This document shows positions 55,440 to 64,000 of a stretch of DNA of 64,000 nt, piece by piece. Positions within the stretch are counted from its first letter, which is position 1, and each line of letters begins with the position of its first letter. The stretch lies in NCBI GenBank assembly GCA_965222615.1, contig CBDCUI010000009.1, forward strand, positions 256,001 through 320,000. Reading direction: 5' to 3'. This DNA is from Gammaproteobacteria bacterium (GTDB lineage Bacteria; Pseudomonadota; Gammaproteobacteria; UBA4575). Under the pieces are notes generated by a model, which searched no databases, was not told the origin of the DNA, and worked only from the letters and a program-made list of their open reading frames with translations. Position numbers and translations under genes: made by a program.

Positions 55440-56558
55440 CTATTTTAATATCGGTTTTGCTTTAATTTTTAATTCTTCACCAACGACGGTGGTTTCTAAT
55501 ATTTTCAAGTTTACACGGTTTTGCATGGCTACAACTGATGGCAAGTAAGCTATACCTTTACTAGCATCACCAAGTAAATGCGGTGCGATATAAAAAATCA
55601 ATTCATCCGTTAACTGCTGTTCCAATAAACTACCGACTAGTGTGGGGCCAGCTTCTACCAATACTTCATTTATTCCCCTTTGCGCCAAATCAGACATTAC
55701 TTCTTCCAGATTTATCTGCTTATTAGTTAAATTAGTTCTAACACATTCAACATTCTGGTTATTTAAAGAAGCCAATTTTTCTTCATCATTCGATGCAGTA
55801 TAAATAATCACCTTGCCAGGAAGATTTAAAAGCTTAGCATTGGAATTTATACGTAATTGTGTATCTACAATTGTTCTTATTGGCTGTTCAAAATGACCTT
55901 TAATATTTAAGTCTTGCTTAGATAAACGCACAGTTAACGAAGGATTATCGGCGATTACCGTATCAATACCAGTTAAAATAGCACAGCTGCGAGCACGTAA
56001 TTTTTGCACATCTAACCTTGCCTGTGGCGATGTAATCCATTTACTTTCTCCCGATGCCAATGAGGTTTTCCCATCCAAGCTGATTGCCGTTTTTACTGTT
56101 ACATAGGGTCGCTTTTGTGTGACTCTTTTAATAAAACCTTTATTCAGCTCGCGAGCTTCGGCCTCTAATATTCCATTACGTGTTGTCACTCCATGTTTCT
56201 CTAAATACGCAAACCCATTGCCATTGACTTGTGGGTTCGGGTCTTGCATTGCTGCAATTACGCAATCTACTTTGGCTTCTACAAGTGCTTCAACACAAGG
56301 GGGAGTATTGCCGTGATGGGAACAAGGCTCTAACGTCACGTATACCGTGGCACCAGTTACGTCTTCAACGACATTGTTTAGAGCCACGATTTCTGCGTGA
56401 GCTTGACCGGGATAGTCGTGGCAGCCAGTACCTATGACTTTGTTTTGTTTAACAATAACACAGCCTACTCGTGGATTAGTGCGGGTGGTAAATAAGCCCT
56501 TACTTGCTTGACGCAGCGCTTCGGCCATAAAGGCATGATCATTTAATACTTGTTGCAT
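55440..56558 (-). CDS. ribD: Riboflavin biosynthesis deaminase/reductase
   Basis: NPRVGC, HAE, TLEPCSH.G.TPPC, SLDG, SKWIT, VEAG. Confidence 0.96.
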   Translation of the reverse strand: MQQVLNDHAFMAEALRQASKGLFTTRTNPRVGCVIVKQNKVIGTGCHDYPGQAHAEIVALNNVVEDVTGATVYVTLEPCSHHGNTPPCVEALVEAKVDCVIAAMQDPNPQVNGNGFAYLEKHGVTTRNGILEAEARELNKGFIKRVTQKRPYVTVKTAISLDGKTSLASGESKWITSPQARLDVQKLRARSCAILTGIDTVIADNPSLTVRLSKQDLNIKGHFEQPIRTIVDTQLRINSNAKLLNLPGKVIIYTASNDEEKLASLNNQNVECVRTNLTNKQINLEEVMSDLAQRGINEVLVEAGPTLVGSLLEQQLTDELIFYIAPHLLGDASKGIAYLPSVVAMQNRVNLKILETTVVGEELKIKAKPILK

Positions 56559-56594
56559 ACTGACTTGGTGCCAGTGAACTTTTGTTCTAGTAAT

Positions 56595-57113
56595 CTAATG
56601 CGTGCTTTTATCGAAATCGTCAGAGATTAATGAAAGTTGGCTCTCTAGCATCTCGGGAGTTAAATCGTTCTCTACTCTATCAATGATTTCTTTAAACGCC
56701 TGCACATCTTCAAAACTTCGATACACAGATGCAAACCGAACATAAGCTACTTGGTCAAGTGCCCGTAATTCCATCATTGTCCACTCACCGATCAAGCTTG
56801 CAGGAATTTCTCGCTCACCCAGGCCTAAAGACTTATGCGAAATTCGACTAATAATTGCATCGATTTTCTCTGTTGGCACAGGTCTCTTTTCACAAGCCAA
56901 CGTAATACCTTTACGTAACTTTTCTTCACTAAATGGTTCACGTCTTTCATCGCGCTTTACTACACGTGGTAAATTTCTTTCGGCACATTCATAAGTTGTA
57001 AAACGCTCAGAACAGTTTATACATTCACGCCGACGGCGAACTTGGTCTCCCTCGCTAGCAAGGCGTGAATCTACAACTTTAGTATCTTCAGAATGACAAA
57101 AAGGGCAACGCAT
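56595..57113 (-). CDS. nrdR: Transcriptional repressor NrdR
   Basis: [29 protein letters not shown]. Confidence 0.97.
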   Translation of the reverse strand: MRCPFCHSEDTKVVDSRLASEGDQVRRRRECINCSERFTTYECAERNLPRVVKRDERREPFSEEKLRKGITLACEKRPVPTEKIDAIISRISHKSLGLGEREIPASLIGEWTMMELRALDQVAYVRFASVYRSFEDVQAFKEIIDRVENDLTPEMLESQLSLISDDFDKSTH

Positions 57114-57147
57114 TACACTACAAGTAAACTACGTTTTGAATTTTCAA

Positions 57148-58428
57148 TTAAGCGACGGCTTGTTGAGCAGAGCTAGCACCATATACAGGAAAACGTTTAC
57201 ATAAATCTAATACTTGATTTTTAACACGCTCTATTGTTTCAGTATTTTCTAAATCATCCAGAATATCGCACATCCAATTGACTAATTCTTTACACTCTTG
57301 TTCTTTAAACCCACGCGTGGTCGCGGCCGGCGTACCTATGCGCAAACCACTCGTTACAAAAGGAGATTGTGGATCATTGGGTACAGTATTCTTATTAACT
57401 GTGATGTTAGCTTTACCAAGTGCGGCATCTGCGTCTTTACCCGTAATACCCTTATCAATCAAATCGACTAAAAATAAATGATCATCGGTACCACCAGATA
57501 CGATCTTATAACCACGATTCATAAATTGCTCAGCCATAGCTTTTGCATTGCTTAGAACTTGCTGCTGATATTCTTTAAATTCAGGCTGCAGAGCTTCTAA
57601 AAATGCTACTGCTTTCGCTGCAATGACATGCATCAATGGGCCACCTTGTGTACCTGGAAAAACCGTAGAGTTTAGCTTTTTAGTAATTTCTTCATTTTCC
57701 CGAGCCAAAATAATTCCACCACGTGGGCCGCGTAAGGTTTTATGAGTAGTAGAGGTCACAACATCGGCAACAGGGACCGGATTAGGATATAAACCAGCTG
57801 CAATCAAGCCCGAAACATGCGCCATATCCACGAAGAATAATGCACCAACTGCATCACAAATGTCTCTAAATCTTTGCCAATCCCAAACACGAGAATATGC
57901 AGAAAACCCTGCAACAATCATTTTCGGTTTGTGTTCTTTGGCAAGTCGTTCTACTTCATCGTAATCCACTTCGCCGGTATCGGGATTTAAACCATACTGA
58001 ACTGCATTAAAAATTTTGCCAGAAAAATTAACCGGACAACCATGAGTCAAATGACCGCCATGTGATAAGGCAAGACCCATAATCGTGTCATGCGGTTCTA
58101 ATAAAGCCAGATAAACAGCAGCATTCGCCTGTGAACCAGAATGTGGTTGTACATTTGCATAATCGGCATCAAAAAGTTGCTTGATACGATCGATCGCTAA
58201 TTGTTCAGCAATGTCTACATACTCGCATCCGCCATAGTAACGTTTTGCCGGATAACCCTCGGCATATTTATTGGTGAGAACACTACCTTGAGCCTCCATG
58301 ACTCGTGGGCTGGTATAGTTTTCCGAAGCAATAAGCTCCACATGTTCTTCTTGACGGCGAATTTCTGATTTAATGGCGTCAGTGAGTTCCTTGTCAAAAT
58401 TGGCAATGGCCATGTCTGCTGTAAACAT
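57148..58428 (-). CDS. glyA: Serine hydroxymethyltransferase
   Basis: [32 protein letters not shown]. Confidence 0.98.
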   Translation of the reverse strand: MFTADMAIANFDKELTDAIKSEIRRQEEHVELIASENYTSPRVMEAQGSVLTNKYAEGYPAKRYYGGCEYVDIAEQLAIDRIKQLFDADYANVQPHSGSQANAAVYLALLEPHDTIMGLALSHGGHLTHGCPVNFSGKIFNAVQYGLNPDTGEVDYDEVERLAKEHKPKMIVAGFSAYSRVWDWQRFRDICDAVGALFFVDMAHVSGLIAAGLYPNPVPVADVVTSTTHKTLRGPRGGIILARENEEITKKLNSTVFPGTQGGPLMHVIAAKAVAFLEALQPEFKEYQQQVLSNAKAMAEQFMNRGYKIVSGGTDDHLFLVDLIDKGITGKDADAALGKANITVNKNTVPNDPQSPFVTSGLRIGTPAATTRGFKEQECKELVNWMCDILDDLENTETIERVKNQVLDLCKRFPVYGASSAQQAVA

Positions 58429-58529
58429 TTGTGTCTCCTACCTGGAATATTCTTAAAAAACGTAGAACCGAATAATGGCTGAATTATAGCTTATTTATCA
58501 TAACTGGATGAGGAAAATATGGGTATATT

Positions 58530-59474
58530 TCAAGCATTTATCATGGTTTCTGTGACAGCAAGCCAACCCTTGGAGATATTACCCAGGTTATATCCACCGC
58601 CGCCAAGTGCCACTAAACGGCCATCACAGTGCTTGTTCGCATAGTTAATTAACTCTTGTGTCACAAAACCATGTGTTGCTTGACTGTACTGCATATCGGT
58701 GATCGGATCACCAGCCATGCTATCAACGCCACACTGTAATAGAACGAATTCCGGTGTGTATTGAGCTAAAAATTGTTTGGCCTTTTGCCACTCATTTAGG
58801 AGTTTTTCGTCATTACTTCCAGGGGGCATTTCAATATTTAATTTAGTCCCGATGGCTTGCCCATTACCAGTCTCAGTAGATCTGCCTGTTCCAGGATACA
58901 GGGTCTTACTATCTTGATGAAAATCTAAAAAAATAACCTGTTCATTATTCGCATAGGAATAAAAAACACCATCTCCATGATGCGCATCGATATCGACATA
59001 TAAAATTTGTTTTAGCTTGTAATGAGTTTGTAAATATTCAATTGCCACACCGCAGTCATTGAAAACACAAAAGCCACTTGCACCATCGCGCCGCGCATGG
59101 TGTAACCCACCAATTGGATTAAATGCATGTCGACACTTTTTTTGTATAACCGCATCGATTGCAGCAAGCGTTGTCCCCACCACTGTTGCGGCAGCTTCAT
59201 ACATGCCGGGAAATACTGGCGTATCGCCATGGTCTAGATAGCCACTCCCTAGTTCTGATAAATACTGTACTTTAGACAGGTAGTCTTTAGTGTGAAATAG
59301 CTGGATGAGATCAATATCGGCTATCTGTGGCGTACGGATACAACATTTATTAATAAGCTTCGATGCACTTAGAGCTGAATAATAGGCAGCATGTCGTTGC
59401 AGGTTGAATGGATGACCGTCTGGAAACCCATATTTAGCAAGCGCATCACCTACAAATACACATGTCTTTGCCAT
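58530..59474 (-). CDS. Histone deacetylase family protein (AcuC-like)
   Basis: GGLHHA, GFC.FND, DIDAHHGDG, GGGGY. Confidence 0.92.
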   Translation of the reverse strand: MAKTCVFVGDALAKYGFPDGHPFNLQRHAAYYSALSASKLINKCCIRTPQIADIDLIQLFHTKDYLSKVQYLSELGSGYLDHGDTPVFPGMYEAAATVVGTTLAAIDAVIQKKCRHAFNPIGGLHHARRDGASGFCVFNDCGVAIEYLQTHYKLKQILYVDIDAHHGDGVFYSYANNEQVIFLDFHQDSKTLYPGTGRSTETGNGQAIGTKLNIEMPPGSNDEKLLNEWQKAKQFLAQYTPEFVLLQCGVDSMAGDPITDMQYSQATHGFVTQELINYANKHCDGRLVALGGGGYNLGNISKGWLAVTETMINA

Positions 59475-59621
59475 TTCAGTGGAAATACCAATTTTAGATC
59501 AATAGAAGTTCATGCTAACACGCGTATCACGACGTGCTACTGGAGTTGAACATTTTGTGAAAGAAAAAAGACTTAATAAACTACATCACATAGTTTATTT
59601 TATAAGTGTTTAATAAATTAA

Positions 59622-60215
59622 TTAAAATTTGAACTTGAGTTCAGTAGATAAGTAATCTACATCAGACTCCTGCATCTGATAACGTTCCCATTCGGCACTG
59701 ATACCGAATCTTGGATTTAAATCGTAATTCGCCCCAAAGCCATAGAAAACATCCGTACCGCGCGTTTTTTCAAGTAAGTCATTGCTATTCTCTTCTAAAA
59801 ACCTAGAGTCTATTTCCCAGTTAAATACACCACCCTTCATATAAAGTGAGGCGCTATCATTGATGGAATAACTACTAATGCCAGATAAGAAAAGCGCATT
59901 TGATTCAAAGCTTGTTGATTCAGTTTCTGGAAACCATAAAGATGAACCAGCAAACATGTTATCGATCCCAAATGCCAGATCATCTTGGTATTCAAGCTGC
60001 AAAGAAAAAAACTTATTGGTACGGTAACCACCGATTAAAGAAATACCATCTTCTTCTTCAGGTCTAAATGTAGAAGAAGAGTTTTCTCTTAAACTATCTA
60101 GATAAGGAATGGCATTATTCTCAATTGCCTCTGCACCGATATACCACTCTGCTGTTGCGGTTTGTGTAAGCAACAAACTAAATGAAATCAATCCAGTTTT
60201 GATTATTATTCGCAT
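59622..60215 (-). CDS. Outer-membrane beta-barrel protein (OmpA-like TM domain)
   Basis: Signal peptide, alternating beta strands, YG.GA.Y, AEWERY, terminal Phe. Confidence 0.82.
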   Translation of the reverse strand: MRIIIKTGLISFSLLLTQTATAEWYIGAEAIENNAIPYLDSLRENSSSTFRPEEEDGISLIGGYRTNKFFSLQLEYQDDLAFGIDNMFAGSSLWFPETESTSFESNALFLSGISSYSINDSASLYMKGGVFNWEIDSRFLEENSNDLLEKTRGTDVFYGFGANYDLNPRFGISAEWERYQMQESDVDYLSTELKFKF

Positions 60216-60390
60216 ACCTAACGCCTATCCTTGAGTTCATCAATTATATTCTAATTTTCGACTATAGAATACCTATTAAACATTACAAATTAGCAAATTT
60301 AAGCAATTTTACTCGTCAAAATTATGCCGTCCATATGAAAATTAATACCGTTTATTCGACATAATTACTAAGCTTTATAGGCTATATTAG

Positions 60391-63300
60391 CTAATTTATT
60401 GCCTTGCGAGCATTATTGAACAACTGCATCCAAGGTCCATTTTCGGACCAATATTTGGGATGCCATGAATATTGCAGACTACGAAACAATCGTTCTGGGT
60501 GCGGCATCATAATAGTAAAACGCCCATCCGAAGTGCAAAATGCGGTCGCACCTTGTGACGAGCCATTTGGATTAAATGGATATCTATCAGTTATTTGCAA
60601 GTTATTATTAATGTATTGCATTGATATTAATTTATGTCTAGTCAGATAATCCAAAGACTCGCTTGAGCATTCAGCTTTGCCTTCACCGTGGGCCACAACA
60701 ATCGGTAAATTAGACCCGTGCATTCCTTCAAAAAATATTGAAGGAGACTCAGATACTTTAACCATCACCAATCTGGCCTCAAATTGTTCTGAGGTATTGC
60801 GTACAAATATGGGCCAGTGCTCTGCGCCCGGAATCAGCCCCTTAAGTTGAGAAAGCATCTGGCAACCATTACACACACCTAATACAAAGACGTCTGGTCG
60901 CGAAAAAAATTCCGCAAAACTGTGTTTTAGTTGTTCATTAAATAAGATGGACTTTGCCCAACCACCCCCTGCACCCAACACATCCCCATATGAAAAGCCG
61001 CCACAGGCCACTAAGCCTTGAAAATTATCCAGATCATGCCTTTTTGAAATCAAGTCCGTCATATGCACATCAACCGAGTCAAATCCGGCGCGATCAAATG
61101 CGACTGCCATTTCCATATGTCCATTTACGCCTTGTTCTCGTAGCACGGCGATTTTAGGTCGTATACCTGAATTAACGAATGGTGCTTGCTCGGCAAAATT
61201 AAAAGAAACCGTAGCGGATAAACCAGGATTGTTTGCATCTAAAATAGACTCCAGTTCTTGCTCTGCACATTTGGGATTGTCACGTAACGACTGAATACGA
61301 TAACTTGTTTGCATCCATAACTGCTGTAACTGAATACGCGTATTCCTATAATAATCTTCACCATGAAAATGAAATACGATTTCATCTGTGGAGCTAAGCT
61401 CACCTATCTTATAAGTGTCGTTTGCCAAATCATGTGCTGCCAATATTTCCGCTGCTTGTTCTTTATCCTGACCAGCAATTTGTATTACAGCCCCCAACTC
61501 TTCAGTAAATAAGCTTGCGATGGGATCCGAGCCTAATTCATCCAGTGAAATATTCATGCCAATGTGACTGGCAAAACACATCTCGCTTAGTGTTGCAAAC
61601 AATCCACCATCAGAGCGGTCATGATAAGCATGAATTAATTTTGCTTCTTTCAGTGCTGTTATTGCATTGAAAAAGCTTATAAGTTTCTTTGAATTGGTGA
61701 GATCGGCAGGTTCTGCTCCGATTGTTGAATACACTTGAGCAAGTGCAGAACCACCTAAACGATTTTTTTTACCACCTAAATCGATAAGTAAAATTTCACT
61801 ATTCTCAATTTCCTTATCGAGAACCGGTGTTAAAGTATTTCTTACATCACTAACTGGAGCAAAGGCAGAAATAATAAGTGATAGTGGTGCCGTTACGGAT
61901 TTTTCATGCCCATCTTCTTGCCAAACACTTTTCATGGAAAGCGAATCTTTGCCAACGGGTATGGCAATTTTTAATTCAGGGCATAATTCTTGAGCAGTCG
62001 CATATACCGTCGCATATAAATTTGCATCCTCGCCCGGATGTCCGGCTGGTGCCATCCAATTTGCAGAAAGCCTAATATCTGCAAGTTGCTTAACATCTGC
62101 AGCTACAATATTGGTTATCGCTTCCCCAATTGCCATGCGAGCGGATGCCGGACCCGAAAGCAGCGCAATTGGTGGACGTTCGCCCATCGACATGGCTTCA
62201 CCGCTATAACCTCGATAATCGCTACATGTCACTGCGACATCGGCAACCGGAACTTGCCAAGGTCCAACAAAAGGATCTCTTGCAACTAAGCCCGTTACAG
62301 TTCGATCGCCAATAGTGATTAAAAAGTTTTTCGCTGCTACCGTTGGCAATTGCAAAATTCTTTGCACAGCATCTTGAATAGAAATTTGGTTAGTTTGAAA
62401 TTCTTTTGTGGGACTATTTACACGACTGACATCACGCAACATTTTAGGTGTTTTGCCCAATAACACATTCATAGGCAAATCGATTGGCGTATTCTCAAAG
62501 AAATTATCGATAAGCTTTAATTGTTGCTTTGCAGTGCTATGGCCTAAAACAGCATATGGGCAACGTTCGCGTGCGCATATTTCCTCAAATACATGTAGCT
62601 TATCGTTCTCAATCGCTAACACATAACGCTCTTGCGCTTCATTACACCAAATCTCTTTTGGTGACATACCAGGTTCCGCATTGGGAATTTTACGCAGATC
62701 AAATGTACCGCCTTGTTCTGCGTCATTGATTAATTCAGGAATGGCATTCGATAAACCGCCTGCACCTACATCATGAATTGAAAGAATTGGGCTTTCTTCA
62801 CCATAAGCAGTACATTGTTCGATCACTTCTTGACAGCGTCGTTGCATTTCCGCATTACTTCTTTGTACTGAGGCGTAATCAAGATCAGCAGAACTTGTTC
62901 CACTAGACATTGAAGATGCAGCCCCACCACCCAAGCCGATTAACATTGCCGGTCCTCCTAACACGATAATGGGAGTGCCTTCAGGAAATTTATTCTTTTC
63001 AATGTGCTGTGAGCGGACATTGCCTAACCCGCCGGCAATCATAATGGGCTTGTGATAACCACGAACATTTGAACCACCAGTCGCAGGCGAAATATCCATT
63101 TCCAAGGTTCTAAAATATCCACAAATATTAGGCCGTCCAAATTCATTATTGAATGAAGCCGCTCCAATCGGACCCTGCAACATAATTTCTAAGGGCGTAA
63201 CAATGCGATCGGGTTTGCCATACTCAATTTCCCAGGGTTGAATCGCATTGGGCAGTCGCAGATTCGAAACTGAAAATCCACATAGCCCAGCTTTTGGTCG

Positions 63301-64000
63301 CCCGCCACAACCCACTGCACCTTCATCGCGAATTTCTCCACCGGAGCCGGTTGCCGCCCCGGGAAAAGGCGAAATTGCCGTGGGATGATTATGGGTCTCA
63401 ACTTTCATTAATATATTTACATCTTCGTTTTCGTACTCATAATGTTTAGCACTTGGGTTTACTTGAAAACGAGTTGCAGCATGCCCACGCATTACTGCAG
63501 CATTGTCACTGTATGCAGACAAAATATTTTCTGGGGAATGCTTGTAGGTATTTCTTATCATGCCAAACAAGCTAAATTCTTGTGGTTGTTGATCAATTAT
63601 CCAGTCAGCATTAAATATTTTATGCCGACAATGTTCTGAATTGGCTTGCGCAAACATCATGAGCTCAGTATCGGTAGGATTTCTGCCAAGCTTTTGATAA
63701 TTTTCAATTAAGTAATCAACTTCATCGTCCGCTAAGGCCAGTCCCATTTCTCGGTTTGCAGTCAATAATGCCTGTTTAGCATTATTTGTTATGTCTATGT
63801 ATTCGAGTTGACGTCTTTCCTCTTCAACAAACAAGGCCTTCGCATCTTGCAAAGAAAAACACACCGACTCCGTCATACGGTCATGCAATAAATTCGCTAT
63901 TTTATGTTTTTCATCTTCGTCCAAATCTGAGGCTAACGAAAATTGGTATAAAGTCCCACGTTCAATACGCTCTATGTTTTGTAAGCCGCAGTTATGTGCA
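60391..64000 (-). CDS. purL: Phosphoribosylformylglycinamidine synthase (5' end beyond window)
   Basis: [29 protein letters not shown]. Frame stays open to the window edge ([15 protein letters not shown]). Confidence 0.97.
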   Translation of the reverse strand, partial: AHNCGLQNIERIERGTLYQFSLASDLDEDEKHKIANLLHDRMTESVCFSLQDAKALFVEEERRQLEYIDITNNAKQALLTANREMGLALADDEVDYLIENYQKLGRNPTDTELMMFAQANSEHCRHKIFNADWIIDQQPQEFSLFGMIRNTYKHSPENILSAYSDNAAVMRGHAATRFQVNPSAKHYEYENEDVNILMKVETHNHPTAISPFPGAATGSGGEIRDEGAVGCGGRPKAGLCGFSVSNLRLPNAIQPWEIEYGKPDRIVTPLEIMLQGPIGAASFNNEFGRPNICGYFRTLEMDISPATGGSNVRGYHKPIMIAGGLGNVRSQHIEKNKFPEGTPIIVLGGPAMLIGLGGGAASSMSSGTSSADLDYASVQRSNAEMQRRCQEVIEQCTAYGEESPILSIHDVGAGGLSNAIPELINDAEQGGTFDLRKIPNAEPGMSPKEIWCNEAQERYVLAIENDKLHVFEEICARERCPYAVLGHSTAKQQLKLIDNFFENTPIDLPMNVLLGKTPKMLRDVSRVNSPTKEFQTNQISIQDAVQRILQLPTVAAKNFLITIGDRTVTGLVARDPFVGPWQVPVADVAVTCSDYRGYSGEAMSMGERPPIALLSGPASARMAIGEAITNIVAADVKQLADIRLSANWMAPAGHPGEDANLYATVYATAQELCPELKIAIPVGKDSLSMKSVWQEDGHEKSVTAPLSLIISAFAPVSDVRNTLTPVLDKEIENSEILLIDLGGKKNRLGGSALAQVYSTIGAEPADLTNSKKLISFFNAITALKEAKLIHAYHDRSDGGLFATLSEMCFASHIGMNISLDELGSDPIASLFTEELGAVIQIAGQDKEQAAEILAAHDLANDTYKIGELSSTDEIVFHFHGEDYYRNTRIQLQQLWMQTSYRIQSLRDNPKCAEQELESILDANNPGLSATVSFNFAEQAPFVNSGIRPKIAVLREQGVNGHMEMAVAFDRAGFDSVDVHMTDLISKRHDLDNFQGLVACGGFSYGDVLGAGGGWAKSILFNEQLKHSFAEFFSRPDVFVLGVCNGCQMLSQLKGLIPGAEHWPIFVRNTSEQFEARLVMVKVSESPSIFFEGMHGSNLPIVVAHGEGKAECSSESLDYLTRHKLISMQYINNNLQITDRYPFNPNGSSQGATAFCTSDGRFTIMMPHPERLFRSLQYSWHPKYWSENGPWMQLFNNARKAIN

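Noticed and set aside
63922-63924. purL start at TTG 63924
   Set aside because: The frame continues with PurL-like sequence to the window end, so the real start is outside the window.

Overview
AT-rich gammaproteobacterial chromosome segment, probably from a sulfur oxidiser and probably at the replication terminus. Positions 1-16733 are a nested mobile-DNA hotspot built around a 28-bp dif (XerC/XerD) site at 5038-5065. A complete Tn7-like transposon (5110-16733; tnsA-tnsB-tnsC-tniQ, TGT...ACA ends, 5-bp ACATG target duplication) sits 44 bp to the right of dif. The homologous end of a second, diverged element (ending at 4992) sits 45 bp to the left in mirror orientation. This suggests a Tn7-like family that targets dif, which is the main candidate for an undescribed system here. 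Inside the elements are: four copies of a 28-bp palindrome, each interrupted by an IS (two IS110/IS1111, one IS30, one IS30-like MITE); an IS1111 non-coding end whose predicted bridge/seek-RNA guides match that palindrome; and a 4.3-kb tyrosine recombinase + IetAS-like module whose empty site is visible in the sister element. Positions 16.7-31.3 kb hold a sulfur cluster (TauE, soxYZ, YeeE, NapC-like, fccAB, DsrE2-like) with four unusual Met-rich exported proteins, two of them with CxxCH motifs. The rest is tRNA-Glu, a gspC-N type II secretion operon, tRNA-Ala, gltX, a HEAT-kinase/two-PilT/protease/cyclase-FHA operon, and housekeeping genes (pgpA, thiL, nusB, rib, nrdR, glyA, partial purL). All alignments were done by eye and no database searches were run.
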